This document shows positions 1 to 10,513 of a DNA stretch of 64,000 bases, one piece after another (position 1 is the first letter of the stretch; each line of letters starts with the position of its first letter). The notes under the pieces were generated by a model, which saw only the letters and a program-made list of their open reading frames with translations, was not told the DNA's origin and searched no databases. Made by a program: the position numbers and the translations under genes. Source of the stretch: Blastocatellia bacterium. GTDB lineage: Bacteria; Acidobacteriota; Blastocatellia; Pyrinomonadales; Pyrinomonadaceae. The stretch spans positions 20,734 through 84,733 of the forward strand of contig CAWEIN010000024.1 in the NCBI GenBank assembly GCA_963809065.1, read 5' to 3'.

Positions 1-2351
1 ATCGGTCTTGACGTTCCCGCCGGCCAGCACGGCAAACGCGTCTATGCTCTGATCGACGCCGGCACTTCAAGTGGTCTATTTCGCTCGGATGATGCCGGTG
101 AAGACTGGACTTTAATGAGCACCGACACGCGCATACTCAGTCGCGGCTGGTACTTCGGCGAAGTGCGAAGCGACCCAAAGAACCCTGATCTGGTCTACGT
201 TTCCAACGTCTCGCTTTATCGTTCCACCGATGGCGGGAAAAATTTCAAAGCGATTAGAGGCGCGCCGGGCGGTGACGACTATCACTCGCTCTGGATTGAT
301 CCAGAAAATCCAGGACGAATGATTGCGGGCGTCGATCAGGGGACTATTGTTACTCTGAACCGTGGCGTAACTTGGAGCACCTGGTACAACCAGCCAACTG
401 CGCAGTTTTATCACGTGGCAGTGGACAATCAGTTTCCCTACTGGGTCTATGGCGCGCAACAGGACAGCGGCACGGCGGCGGTGGTGAGTAGCAGCGACTA
501 TGGCCAGATCACCTATCGCGATTGGCATCCCATCGGCGCCGGCGAGAGCGGCTACATTCTTCCTGATCCGTTGAATCCGCAGATTGTTTATGGCGGCAGC
601 ACGGGCGGCGATCTCTATCGCTTCGATACGAAAACCGGACAAGTGGAGGACGTGTCGCCAACCCCGGCCGAGATCGGAATGAACGTGCGACAGCGTTATC
701 CCTGGACCACGCCGCTTGCCTTTTCGTTTCAAGCTCCGCACGCGCTTTATCAGTCTTCTCAGTTTTTGATGAAGACTGCGGATAGCGGCAAGAGTTGGAA
801 AGTTATAAGTCCCGATCTGACCTTGCGACCGGGTGAAAAGGAAGAAGGCGCGCAAGGTGTTATCTACACCATCGCGACCTCGCCGGTTGCGGCTGGAACA
901 ATTTGGGTGGGTACAGACAATGGCCTGGTTCAGTTAACGCGAAACGACGGCCTGACATGGAGCGAGGTCACACCGCCTGGCCTGGCGCCATGGAGCATGA
1001 TGAGTCTAATCGACGCTTCTCCTCACGACGCGGCAAGCGCTTTCGCGGCCATTGATCGTCACCAGATGGACGACATCGCACCGCACATTTATCGCACTCA
1101 CGATTTCGGAAAAACGTGGACGAAGATCACAAGTGGTATTCCCGCGAATGCTTATGTGCATGCGGTGCGTGAAGATCCTGTTCGCAAAGGCCTTTTGTTC
1201 GCAGGCACTGAGCTGGGTGTTTACGTTTCGTTCAACGATGGTGAGCTATGGCAGCCCTTGCAACAAAATCTTCCGATAACGCCCATTCGCGATCTCGTGG
1301 TTAAGGGGAACGACCTAGTAGTCGCCACGCACGGGCGTTCCTTCTGGATTCTTGACAACGTCTCGCCGTTGCGTGAATTGAATTCAACGACTGCCGCGGC
1401 GAGTGCCTATCTATTTCACCCGGCAACTGCGATTCGGCTGCGCAAGAACGAAGCCCGCGACACGCCGCTGGAGCCCGAGACGCCTGTGGGTAAGAATCCT
1501 CCTGCGGGAGCAATCATAGATTTCAGTTTGCAAACAATTCCGGCGGGTGCAGTGACGCTTGAAATCAGGGATAGCAAGGGCGCTCTGGTTAGAAAATACT
1601 CGAGCAGCGACGCGCCAGGAAAAATTGACGAGACACAATCGTTTCCTACGTATTGGTTCAACCCGCCGGCGCCGCTGTCGAAGCACCTTGGCTTGAATCG
1701 GTTCGTCTGGGATTTGCGGTACGAACGTCCGCGCGCGCTGCGCTTTGGCTACAGCATAGCGGCTGCATATGGCGACGACGCGATCATGCAGCCGGAAGGG
1801 CCGTTGGTGTTGCCCGGCATATATCAAGTGCAGCTGTCGGTTGACGGTAAAACATACACCGCGCCACTTGAGGTCAAGATGGATCCACGCGTCAAGACTT
1901 GCAGCGATTGCGCTGCGTCAACAGCTCACGCTCGAGACACAAATCATGCAAGCGATGCGGGACAGTTATCAGACCGTTCAGGAGATTCGCGATTTGCGCG
2001 CTCAGTTGAACGACCTGCAAAACTAAGTTAAGGACTGATGCGAGTGCGAAACCAGTACTCGAGGCTATTGCTGCACTGGATAAGAAGGCGGCGGAGCTGG
2101 TCGCGGTCGAGCAGACGTATCCACCAGTCGGCATTGTCTCAGCAGCGTCATTGAATGGCGCGCTCGGTTCATTGATGGTTCTGGTAGATAGCGCTGACGC
2201 CGCGCCAACTGCTCAGGCTGCAAGCGCTTTCGCGACCTACCAGAAACTGCTCGCTCAGGAATTAGCGAAATGGGCGGGGTTAAAGAAGAATGATATTCCG
2301 GCGTTGAATACGATGTTACGACAGAGCCAACTGCCGCCAATTAAAGAGTAA
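1..2351 (+). pseudogene. BNR/Asp-box repeat (sortilin/VPS10-like) beta-propeller glycosidase-like protein. The 5' end lies outside the window and the C-terminal ~150 aa is split over three frames.
   Basis: Frame 1 is open from base 1 with no start codon in the window. Asp-box-like motifs recur (STDGGKNF, TADSGKSW, RNDGLTWS, THDFGKTW, FNDGELW). After ~1897 a coherent sequence continues in frame 2 (LRQQLTLETQIMQAMRDSYQTVQEIRDL). After ~2026 it continues in frame 3 (KPVLEAIAALDKKAAELVAVEQ...) to the stop at 2351. Confidence 0.7.
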
Positions 2352-2387
2352 TTTTGGAGTTGCCAGACAGATCCAACGTGTTCTGAG

Positions 2388-2520
2388 CAAAATCAGAACT
2401 GGGAGCGATAGCGACCAGCCAAAAGCACAACTGACGAGGAACTGCAGCCTCAGCCGTTTCAATCCGAACTTTGTGAAGTGAATCCTTGGCTGGTCGCTAT
2501 CGCTCCCAGTTCTGATTTTG
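2388..2520. repeat. REPIN copy 1: two inverted 33-nt REP arms with a ~67-nt loop
   Basis: caaaatcagaactgggagcgatagcgaccagcc at 2388-2420 and its reverse complement at 2488-2520. The element lies between convergent genes. Confidence 0.9.
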
Positions 2521-2591
2521 TCGGACCAGTGTTGAGTGTTCAACTCAGTAGGACGAACCAGTACAACGGCGCTGATGCGATTCACGGTCTC

Positions 2592-3347
2592 CTACTCTCC
2601 CAAGGTCACGACTTGGCCTACACGAAGCTCGCCCGCCCTGACCACCGTGCCATACACGCCGGCGTAATTGTTGTTCATTCGTACAACGGTCTTCATCACT
2701 TCAGAATCTTTCTGGGCTGTGTCTGGGTCTAGATTAACCATGACACATCGCTCATCCTTCATCGTTACCCCGATGGCCGCCATCGCGTCTGCTCCTCTGT
2801 TCCCTTCACCAAACATCAATGTGCGGCCTACCCACTCGTTTTCAGCAAACGGCTCAACGTTATGTGTTTCGATCACAACGTTTGGTCGAAATCTGCGAAG
2901 GTCAACCTCTCGCCCTGATTCGCGCTCGACGCCATGCACGGTGCCGAGGCTGATTACAGAAATACAGGCTTCGTCGAAGATGCCGTGCTTGAGATTCATC
3001 AATTCGACGTCACTGCCATACCGGCTAGAAATTTCCTGTCGCAGCTCGTCACTTTGTATTTCAAATACTTTGCCGTCTGGCGTGCGAACATGAGTCGGGA
3101 GTAACTCTGGAGTTTTGCTGTCGAGCCCAAATGGTTTATAGAGGAGCAACTGCGGTAGTTTGCTCGCTGTCAGCCAAGGGAACTCAGTTTTATCGTTGAG
3201 TCGCCGAACAGCTAACCTGCGATCACCCTCAATGCCATGCCAACCTAGCCTTGCAACATCTAATGATTCACCGGCCATTGACTTAACCGGGTAACGAAAG
3301 ATGGCGCTAATCCGTCCCAGTTCCATATGACTCCATAGCAACTCCAA
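2592..3347 (-). CDS. MOSC domain-containing protein (YcbX-like: N-terminal beta-barrel plus MOSC)
   Basis: 251-aa ORF. The N-terminus ISAIFRYPVKSMAGESL and the length fit the MOSC_N+MOSC architecture. An alternative start at 3326 (MELGRIS) is possible. Confidence 0.7.
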   Translation of the reverse strand: MELLWSHMELGRISAIFRYPVKSMAGESLDVARLGWHGIEGDRRLAVRRLNDKTEFPWLTASKLPQLLLYKPFGLDSKTPELLPTHVRTPDGKVFEIQSDELRQEISSRYGSDVELMNLKHGIFDEACISVISLGTVHGVERESGREVDLRRFRPNVVIETHNVEPFAENEWVGRTLMFGEGNRGADAMAAIGVTMKDERCVMVNLDPDTAQKDSEVMKTVVRMNNNYAGVYGTVVRAGELRVGQVVTLGE

Positions 3348-3350
3348 CCC

Positions 3351-4724
3351 TTAGAACAACTCCGCCAGCGCTTCTTCAACTGACTTAACTCCCACGACGT
3401 CAACACCCAGCAAACGTTCCAACCCGGACTTGTTCGACCCGGGCATCACAATCTTTTTGAAACCGAGCGCCTGCGCTTCACGCGCGCGCACCGCCGCCTG
3501 CGTCGTGCCCCGCACCTCTCCCGTCAGGCCCACTTCACCGAAAACTGTCGTGTGCGCATCAATGGGAATATTCTTGAAACTCGACGTGATCGCTGCTACC
3601 ACACCCAGGTCCACAGCCGGCTCGTCAACTTCCAACCCGCCCGCGATGTTAACGAAGACGTCGTCGCCGAGCATCTGCAGGCCGAGTCGCTTTTCGAGCA
3701 TGGCCATCAGAAGAGCCACGCGATTCTGATCCACGCCCTGCGTCATACGCCGTCCTGTTCCATATTTGGTTTCTGAAACGAGCGCCTGGATCTCCACCAG
3801 CAAAGGCCGGGTGCCTTCCATGCAAGCAGTGACAACTGAACCCGCCACGTTGTGCGGTCGCTCCTGCAAAAACATCTGCGACGGATTCGCGACTGGCACG
3901 AGTCCGGCGCCCGTCATCTCAAAAACTCCGATCTCGTTTGCCGCGCCGAATCGATTCTTAACCGCCCGCACGATGCGATGGTTGTGGTGTCGCTCGCCTT
4001 CAAAGTACAGAACTGTATCGACGATGTGTTCGAGCGCCTTCGGCCCGGCAATCGATCCGTCCTTGGTAATGTGGCCAATCAGGAAAACCGGAATGGTGCG
4101 GTTTTTCGCCAGCAGGAGAAACTGGTGCGCCGCTTCCCTCACCTGCGACACTGATCCTGGCGCCGATTCGATCATTGCGGAGAAAACTGTCTGAATGGAA
4201 TCGACGACAATCGCGGCGGGATTGAGACGTTCAACCTCATGAAAAATATTCTCGAGGTTCGTTTCCGGCAGCAGGAAGAGATTCTTCGCTTCAATCCGCA
4301 GTCGTTCGCCGCGAAGTTTTATCTGGCGCTCAGATTCCTCTCCGGAAACGTATAGAACTGCGTTATTGCCCGCGCCGTTTGCGCTGAGCCGATCCGCTAC
4401 TTGCAGCATCAGGGTGCTTTTCCCGATACCAGGATCCCCGCCGATCAGCACTAGTGTTCCAGGCACCAGGCCGCCGCCGAGCACGCGATCAAATTCAGTT
4501 ACTCCCGAAGAAATGCGCGTCTCATCCTGCGATTCGATTTCAGAGTAGGCGATGGCGGTGACGTCGCGGAGTTTAAAGCCATTGCGAATCGTCCCCTTCT
4601 TCGCGGTGCGCTCGCGCTCCTCAACCAGCGAATTCCATTCGCCGCACTCGGGACATTTTCCCAGCCACTTGCGCGATTGGTGTCCGCAGTTCTGACACGC
4701 AAAAATTGTTTCCGGTTTTTTCAA
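3351..4724 (-). CDS. radA: DNA repair protein RadA
   Basis: N-terminal CxxC..CxxC zinc ribbon (CQNCGHQSRKWLGKCPECGEW), Walker A GDPGIGKST, the KNRFG motif and a Lon-like C-terminal domain. Confidence 0.95.
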   Translation of the reverse strand: MKKPETIFACQNCGHQSRKWLGKCPECGEWNSLVEERERTAKKGTIRNGFKLRDVTAIAYSEIESQDETRISSGVTEFDRVLGGGLVPGTLVLIGGDPGIGKSTLMLQVADRLSANGAGNNAVLYVSGEESERQIKLRGERLRIEAKNLFLLPETNLENIFHEVERLNPAAIVVDSIQTVFSAMIESAPGSVSQVREAAHQFLLLAKNRTIPVFLIGHITKDGSIAGPKALEHIVDTVLYFEGERHHNHRIVRAVKNRFGAANEIGVFEMTGAGLVPVANPSQMFLQERPHNVAGSVVTACMEGTRPLLVEIQALVSETKYGTGRRMTQGVDQNRVALLMAMLEKRLGLQMLGDDVFVNIAGGLEVDEPAVDLGVVAAITSSFKNIPIDAHTTVFGEVGLTGEVRGTTQAAVRAREAQALGFKKIVMPGSNKSGLERLLGVDVVGVKSVEEALAELF

Positions 4725-4734
4725 GCGTTTGTTC

Positions 4735-5088
4735 TCACAAGAGCGCCTTTACGTTTTCCGTCGGTCGACCCAGCACGGCGCGTTTGCCGCGTTCGACAAT
4801 CGGGCGCTGAATCAAGTCCGGATTCTCGACCATGAGAGAAACGAGTTCCTCGTCCGTGAACTCGCCTTTGCCGAGACCGAGTTCACGGTAGATGGGCTCG
4901 CTCGTGCGCAGGATGTCGCGCGGCGTCAGTTTCATCTTGGCCAGTAGTTCCTCAAGCTTTTCCTTTGAAAGAGGCTCAATGTAGTAGTTGACTTTAGAAA
5001 AATCGACACCGTTGTCGGTCAGAAAACGATTCATCTCACGACATTTGGTGCAGGTTGGTTTTTCGTAAACTGTGATTTGGTCTTTCAT
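4735..5088 (-). CDS. ArsC/Spx/YffB-family thioredoxin-fold protein
   Basis: MKDQITVYEKPTCTKCREMNRFL with a CxxC motif; family-typical length of 117 aa from the ATG at 5088. The longer ORF to 5202 reads into a low-complexity repeat (KPKTKS...) and is rejected. Confidence 0.7.
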   Translation of the reverse strand: MKDQITVYEKPTCTKCREMNRFLTDNGVDFSKVNYYIEPLSKEKLEELLAKMKLTPRDILRTSEPIYRELGLGKGEFTDEELVSLMVENPDLIQRPIVERGKRAVLGRPTENVKALL

Positions 5089-5091
5089 TTT

Positions 5092-5257
5092 GCTCTTGGT
5101 CTTTGGTCTTGGTCTTTGGCCTTTGGGTTTTGGTGTTCGGGTTTTTTGGCTTTCGGTCTTTGGTTTTTGGTTTTTTTTGGGATTTGAAATTTCAGATCTC
5201 AAATCTCAGAACCAAAGACAAAAGTCCAAAGACCAAAGGCCAAAGACCCAAGACCAA
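5092..5257. repeat. Long imperfect palindrome built from short words (ggtctttgg / ccaaagacc arms, central gatttgaaatttcagatctcaaatc)
   Basis: The inverted symmetry is visible directly. It fills the gdh-arsC-like spacer. Confidence 0.8.
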
Positions 5258-5260
5258 CTC

Positions 5261-6529
5261 TTACGGAAATATTCCGCGCACCTTTGTCGCCTCAGCCACA
5301 CGGTCAACTGCCAGGATGTAGGCGCCAGTTCGCATGTCCGTGTTGTAGCGTTGCGCAGTAGCGTAAACCGAATTGAATGCGGTGCGCATCGCCTGCTCCA
5401 GCGTGTCGTTGATCTGTTTCTCCGACCAGAAAAACGAATACTGATCCTGCACCCATTCATAATAGCTCACGGTAACTCCACCCGCGTTGGCAAGAATATC
5501 CGGGATCAGGAACACCCCCTGGTCCGCCAGCACTCGATCCGCACCAGGCGTCGTCGGCCCGTTGGCCAACTCCGCAATGATCTTCGCCTTAACTTGTCCA
5601 ACATTAGCTAAGGTGATCGCATTCTCAAGCGCCGAGGGAAGCAGGATGTCGCAGTCGACGCCGATGATTTCTTCCGGTGATATCGCTTTCGTTCCCGGCA
5701 GACCGTACAGCGATTTGGTTTCAGCCTTATGACGCAAAGCGGCTTGGACGTCCATGCCGTATTCCGAGTAGAGTCCGGCTCTAGAATCGCAAGCGGCTAC
5801 CACTTTGGCGCCATCCGCTGCCACGAGTCGTGCGATATTTGCTCCCGCGTTCCCGAATCCATGCACCGCGACGCGCGCACCCTTGAGGGCGATGCCCTTC
5901 ACTTTGCAAGCCTCGCGCAAAGCATAGAGGCAACCGCGCGCGGTAGCTTCGGCACGACCAAGCGAGCCGCCGAGTGAGATCGGTTTGCCGGTAACCACAC
6001 CCAGTTCCGTATGGCCACGTATCATTGAAATCGTGTCCATAATCCAGGCCATTGTTTGTTCGTCCGTATAAACGTCGGGTGCCGGGATATCACGATCCGG
6101 GCCGATAATCGGTGCAATCTCAAACGCGTAGCGGCGCGTCAAACGTTCCAACTCATCCTTCGAGAGGCTCTTCGGATCGCAAATCACCCCGCCCTTGCCG
6201 CCGCCATAAGGAATTCCCACCGTCGCGCATTTCCAGGTCATCCACGAGGCAAGGGCTTTCACCTCATCGAGCGTAACGTTCGGGTGATAGCGTATGCCGC
6301 CTTTGCACGGCCCGCGTGCGATGTTGTGTTGCACCCGATATCCCTCAAAGACCTGCACGTCGCCGCCGTCCATTTTTACCGGGATGGAAACTATCAACTG
6401 CCGCTTGGGGGTACTCAGGACAGCGCGCGTGGACGAGTCGAGATCGAGATAGTCGGCAGCGCGGTTGAATTGCTGCTTGGCAATTTGAAACGGATTGAGT
6501 TCTTCCGCCAAGGCCTCGCTGGTCGCCAT
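5261..6529 (-). CDS. gdhA: Glutamate dehydrogenase (Glu/Leu/Phe/Val dehydrogenase family)
   Basis: Motifs PCKGGIRYHPNV and GIPYGGGKGGV, with a GFGNAG Rossmann motif. The start at 6529 (MATSEAL) follows a GGAG-type RBS. The upstream extension to 6673 reads through a repeat. Confidence 0.9.
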   Translation of the reverse strand: MATSEALAEELNPFQIAKQQFNRAADYLDLDSSTRAVLSTPKRQLIVSIPVKMDGGDVQVFEGYRVQHNIARGPCKGGIRYHPNVTLDEVKALASWMTWKCATVGIPYGGGKGGVICDPKSLSKDELERLTRRYAFEIAPIIGPDRDIPAPDVYTDEQTMAWIMDTISMIRGHTELGVVTGKPISLGGSLGRAEATARGCLYALREACKVKGIALKGARVAVHGFGNAGANIARLVAADGAKVVAACDSRAGLYSEYGMDVQAALRHKAETKSLYGLPGTKAISPEEIIGVDCDILLPSALENAITLANVGQVKAKIIAELANGPTTPGADRVLADQGVFLIPDILANAGGVTVSYYEWVQDQYSFFWSEKQINDTLEQAMRTAFNSVYATAQRYNTDMRTGAYILAVDRVAEATKVRGIFP

Positions 6530-6605
6530 TTGTTCTTCTCCTGGGATGGGGTTTGGAAAGCGGGGCAATCGTATCAGCGACGAGCCCGAAGTCCCAAGTC
6601 GCGTT

Positions 6606-6720
6606 GAAGTTTCAAGTTTCAAGTTCCAGGTTTCAAGTTCTGAGCTCTCCTCAAATCCGCTGGTGCAGGTCACCGACGTGAATCCGAACTTGAAACTTGG
6701 AACTTGAAACTCGGAACTTC
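6606..6720. repeat. Word-type palindrome (gaagtttcaagtttcaagttccaggtttcaagttc and its inverse)
   Basis: 35-nt arms at 6606-6640 and 6686-6720 are reverse complements with few mismatches. Confidence 0.85.
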
Positions 6721-6805
6721 CTCACGTAACCGGAGTCTAATCTTCCGAGTTAGCTGCGGACCCGAATGGCACCGGCGCTGTAGATCAGACAGGAGAGAAA
6801 AAGCG

Positions 6806-7603
6806 ATGTTTAATAACCTGATTGAATCGAGTTCGCATGCGAGCGAATTCAAACGCCGCGGTTCGTTTGTCCTCTTTACCACCGTAACCTATATGTTGCT
6901 CTTCACGGTCGCCGGTGTGATTAGTATCTATGCTTACGATGCGCGGCTGGACGATCAGAACCTGGAATTCGTCACGATGCTGAATCCGGTGGATCTGCCG
7001 GCGCCGCCAGTTGCGGTTACCCATGCGCCGCCCCCAAAAAGCGGCACGACAAAACCTATCCCAATCGTGCGCCAGATCGCGATGGCCAGCGTAAATCATC
7101 CGGAGATCGTCCCTGATCATACTTCTGCTGCGCCAAACAAGAATCTGCCGGTTCCCGACCACGGAACCTATACTCTTGGAGATCATGATTCAGGTCCGGT
7201 TGAACCGGTAGGAAGTGGCGAACGCGGAAATGGCAACAGCCCAAGCAACGCCAGCCAGCCGGCCGTGGTTGAAATCGTCACGCCGCCACCGCCGCAACCA
7301 CCAATTGAGAAGCCTGTGCCGAGAGTGGTCAGCAAAGGCGTCATCACCGGGCTGGCTCTCTCTCTGCCAAAACCGATGTATCCGCAGATAGCAAGACAAG
7401 CGCGAGCAAACGGACCCGTGAACGTTCAGGTATTGATTGATGAATCCGGCAAAGTCATTTCCGCAAAAGCGGTTAATGGACATCCTCTGCTGCTGGCCGC
7501 AGCTCAACAGGCCGCATATGGAGCTCGCTTCTCGCCTACTAAGCTCGGCGATCAAGCAGTGAAGGTCTCAGGAGTGATCACCTATAACTTTGTGCTGCAG
7601 TAG
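6806..7603 (+). CDS. TonB-family energy transducer, paralog 1
   Basis: N-terminal anchor MFNNLIESSSHASEFKRRGSFVLFTTVTYMLLF, a Pro-rich linker (PPPPQPPIEKPVP), and a TonB_C-like end (PMYPQIARQARANGPVNVQVLIDESGKVISAKAV). AGGAG RBS before the ATG at 6806. Confidence 0.85.
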   Translation: MFNNLIESSSHASEFKRRGSFVLFTTVTYMLLFTVAGVISIYAYDARLDDQNLEFVTMLNPVDLPAPPVAVTHAPPPKSGTTKPIPIVRQIAMASVNHPEIVPDHTSAAPNKNLPVPDHGTYTLGDHDSGPVEPVGSGERGNGNSPSNASQPAVVEIVTPPPPQPPIEKPVPRVVSKGVITGLALSLPKPMYPQIARQARANGPVNVQVLIDESGKVISAKAVNGHPLLLAAAQQAAYGARFSPTKLGDQAVKVSGVITYNFVLQ

Positions 7604-7717
7604 ACGTAGCTGAGACCAACGGCACTCGGGATTCCCAAGTTCCCTACCTAAACAAAGAGGTGCGCAGACCAACGGGCCCGTGCACCTCTCCTGCCTTGAG
7701 AAAAATAGGAGACTGCT

Positions 7718-8509
7718 ATGTTTAATAATCTAATTGAATCGAGTTCGCACGCGCGTGAGTTAAAACGCCGCGGTTCGTTTGTTCTTTTTACCACCACAAC
7801 CTACGCACTGCTCTTCATCGTGGCCGGCGTGATCAGCATTTATGCGTACGATGCCCGGCTTGAGGAGCCGGCGGGCCAAATCATAGTGGTTAACCCGGTG
7901 GACCTTGAGGTACCGAAAGCGGATGCAGTGAAGGCGAAAATCGCGCCCACCATGGGCGGCAATAACGGAGGCGCGTTTGTCCGTAAGGACCCGATGTCTG
8001 ACGTTGACTCTAAGCTAGTGCCAAAAACAATTTCAGCAGCACGAAACACAAATCCTGTCTTGCCGCCCGGCGTTACTGTCACAAGGGATAACTTCAACTC
8101 CGACCCTGGCGGCCTGGGAATGGGACACTCTGGCGTTGGAGGTAGCGGCGAGGGCAGCAACGCAACAAAGACAGTACGAGTGGATGTGGATCCGCCTCCG
8201 CCTACGCCTGTGGAAAAACCTAAGCCGGCTGTGTTGCCCAAGAAGATAATTAACGGGGATGCGTTATCGCTGCCGAAGCCGCCGTACCCTCCCATAGCAA
8301 AGCAGTTGGGAATCCAGGGAACGGTAAACGTGCAAGTCCTCGTCGATGAATCGGGTAGAGTGATTTCTGCGAAGGCAGTGGCCGGTAACCCCGCGCTGAT
8401 GCGAGCGGCGCAACAAGCCGCCCTGAATGCCCGATTCTCACCAACGATGATTGGCGATCAAGCAGTGAAGGTCTCGGGAATAATTATCTACAACTTCGTA
8501 TTGCAGTGA
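7718..8509 (+). CDS. TonB-family energy transducer, paralog 2
   Basis: Same N-terminal 50 aa and the same C-terminal domain as the preceding gene (PPYPPIAKQLGIQGTVNVQVLVDESGRVISAKAV). Confidence 0.85.
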   Translation: MFNNLIESSSHARELKRRGSFVLFTTTTYALLFIVAGVISIYAYDARLEEPAGQIIVVNPVDLEVPKADAVKAKIAPTMGGNNGGAFVRKDPMSDVDSKLVPKTISAARNTNPVLPPGVTVTRDNFNSDPGGLGMGHSGVGGSGEGSNATKTVRVDVDPPPPTPVEKPKPAVLPKKIINGDALSLPKPPYPPIAKQLGIQGTVNVQVLVDESGRVISAKAVAGNPALMRAAQQAALNARFSPTMIGDQAVKVSGIIIYNFVLQ

Positions 8510-8530
8510 ACGTGAGTTGGTTACCCCCTA

Positions 8531-8600
8531 TGGAGTGCGCCGACCTGTCGGCGCTTTGGTCGCTGGCGGAAGAAAAGCGGTGACAGGTCACCGCACTCCA
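8531..8600. repeat. Palindromic REP of the tggagtgcggtgacctgtcaccgc family
   Basis: tggagtgcgccgacctgtcggcgctttgg ... gcggtgacaggtcaccgcactcca. Confidence 0.8.
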
Positions 8601-8646
8601 AAATGCGCGGTTCTCACAGGAGTCACGGCCCACTGCCCGCGGGCTC

Positions 8647-9825
8647 CTACGGCTCCTTCAGTGCCAGCCGCAACACGTGGTTGCGCGCCGCGATGAAGAG
8701 CTCATCCTTATCGTTGAAGACCATGCCCGACGCCGTTCCAGGAGGATCGAACGTCGCCAGATAACGGCCGTTACTATCAAAGACCTGCACGCCTTTGAAA
8801 TCGCTCACGTAGATGCGACCGTTACCATCGACGGCGATAGCGGACGGCGCACGAAATTGCCCGGCCTGATCACCGGCATCACCAAAACGCGTGATGAATT
8901 TTCCCTCCGGCGAAAACTTGAAAACGGCATTGTTGAATGATCCAAGCGCGTAGATATTTCCGAGCCCGTCTACAGCTACTTGTGTGTCCAGTTCGGATTC
9001 ATCAGTGACTGAGCTAATCGCAGCGCGAATGGTTCGCGTGACCTGACCGGAAGAATTGAAGCGCACGATGTCATCGCGGTTCTTGTACCATGACGCTATC
9101 AGGCTGCCGTCCGCACCAACACGAATGTCATCAAACCCCCAGCCTTCTGAATACGACAACTTGCCAAGGAGATTTCCCGTCTCACCCTGGTGACGGGAGA
9201 TTGTTCCACTCTGCACGACATACACCACGCCATTTCGATCCGCAGCCATTCCGGTCAGCGGCATCTTCGGATCGACCATCCACTGTGTGATGAATTTTCC
9301 CTCCGCATCAAACACCTGTATGCGTCCGCCTATGTATTCACCCACGTAAATCTTTCCGGACGCGTCGACCGCGATGGCGCGCGCGTCCTTAAACATTCCC
9401 GGACCGATCCCTTCAGAACCAAAGTCGAGTGTTGTATTGGCAAATGCGTTTGCGGGCTGGGTTTTTCCGCCGAGAGCTGTGGGTCCGTTTCTGGTTGACG
9501 ACGGTGGCGATGGTGGGGTTACCACCTTTGAGCGCATGCCGCTAAGCAGCGGAACGAGAAAGCCCCCCATTGCAATCGCACCGATGACGACGCCAATAAC
9601 CGGGATCAGCACGATTAATAAAATGATCTTGGTCGCTTTGGTTCCGCTGTTCCGCAGGTCGATGTTGACGTGCGAAATAATCTGGGCCGGGCGGCCTCTC
9701 ATTTCATCCGGAACAGACAATGCGCTGTTGCAATAGGTACAGCGGGCCGTCAGGTTTGCGCCGATTACATCCTGTTCGTAGCTAACCGGCGCGCCACACT
9801 TGGGGCAATCGAAAGTTTTCAGCAT
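8647..9825 (-). CDS. NHL-repeat beta-propeller protein with N-terminal zinc ribbon and one TM helix
   Basis: CPKCGAP...CTYCNS at the N-terminus; TM helix ILLIVLIPVIGVVIGAIAMGGFLV; repeated G.IYV.D/G.F..P.GIAVD blades. Confidence 0.75.
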   Translation of the reverse strand: MLKTFDCPKCGAPVSYEQDVIGANLTARCTYCNSALSVPDEMRGRPAQIISHVNIDLRNSGTKATKIILLIVLIPVIGVVIGAIAMGGFLVPLLSGMRSKVVTPPSPPSSTRNGPTALGGKTQPANAFANTTLDFGSEGIGPGMFKDARAIAVDASGKIYVGEYIGGRIQVFDAEGKFITQWMVDPKMPLTGMAADRNGVVYVVQSGTISRHQGETGNLLGKLSYSEGWGFDDIRVGADGSLIASWYKNRDDIVRFNSSGQVTRTIRAAISSVTDESELDTQVAVDGLGNIYALGSFNNAVFKFSPEGKFITRFGDAGDQAGQFRAPSAIAVDGNGRIYVSDFKGVQVFDSNGRYLATFDPPGTASGMVFNDKDELFIAARNHVLRLALKEP

Positions 9826-9840
9826 TTATAACTCCGCTTG

Positions 9841-9974
9841 TTTTGGAGTGCGGTGACCTGTCACCGCTTTGGTCTTGGGCGGGTTGACGCCCGAGTCTTT
9901 AACTGCTGCTAACGAACCGTGGTTGCGACAGGTCGCAACCGACCAAAGCGGTGACAGGTCACCGCACTCCAAAA
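9841..9974. repeat. Palindromic REP, same family as 8531-8600, full hairpin
   Basis: ttttggagtgcggtgacctgtcaccgctttggtc at 9841-9874 and its reverse complement at 9941-9974. Confidence 0.85.
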
Positions 9975-9985
9975 AGCCTCCTGCC

Positions 9986-10513
9986 TCACCAGCCCATGCG
10001 CTCACGCAGCGAAGTAATCTGCGCGACATGATGTGGACCATGCCAGGCGTAAAGCGCTACATTCTTATCAAGACTAACAATCCCGATCTCAGGATGACGA
10101 AACGTTCGTTGAAAATCTTCCCGCTTTAGCGAACGTAGAAACCAAATCCAGCGGCCATGGACAGCGTCCAGCAGATCGAGTGAGAGCGATATCGGAGCCT
10201 GGCGCGCGTCGTCCAGTTGTGCCCAACGATCTTCGAAGTAAGGCTTGACGGTCGGTTCGTCTTCCGTGAGGGCGAGCTTGAAACGAGTGTAGGAAGTGAG
10301 ATGACTCTCAGGAACATGATGCACCACCTGGCGAACGGTCCAGCCGTCCGGTCGATAAGGCGTGTCGAGTTGTTCCTCATTTAAGCCGTCAACCGCCGCG
10401 CGCATGCGTGCCGGCGTTTCCTCAATTTTTGCCAGGCAAGCCTCACGCTCGTCGTCGCCAAGTGGCTTTTCATATTTGAATTCGCCGATGGGGTAACGCA
10501 GATCCATTATCAC
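9986..10513 (-). CDS. DinB/YfiT-family metal-dependent hydrolase/transferase
   Basis: Conserved His positions (VVHHVPESH, AWHGPHHVAQI) and a 175-aa length. Confidence 0.75.
   Translation of the reverse strand: MIMDLRYPIGEFKYEKPLGDDEREACLAKIEETPARMRAAVDGLNEEQLDTPYRPDGWTVRQVVHHVPESHLTSYTRFKLALTEDEPTVKPYFEDRWAQLDDARQAPISLSLDLLDAVHGRWIWFLRSLKREDFQRTFRHPEIGIVSLDKNVALYAWHGPHHVAQITSLRERMGW

Noticed and set aside
4735-5202. Long N-terminal extensions of the arsC-like, gdh (to 6673), pth (to 24450), prs (to 26386), fmt (to 34418), purC (from 48056), response regulator (to 45067) and J-protein (to 63380) ORFs
   Set aside because: The extensions read through intergenic palindromic repeats or low-complexity DNA. 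Internal ATGs with RBS-like sequences give family-typical N-termini.
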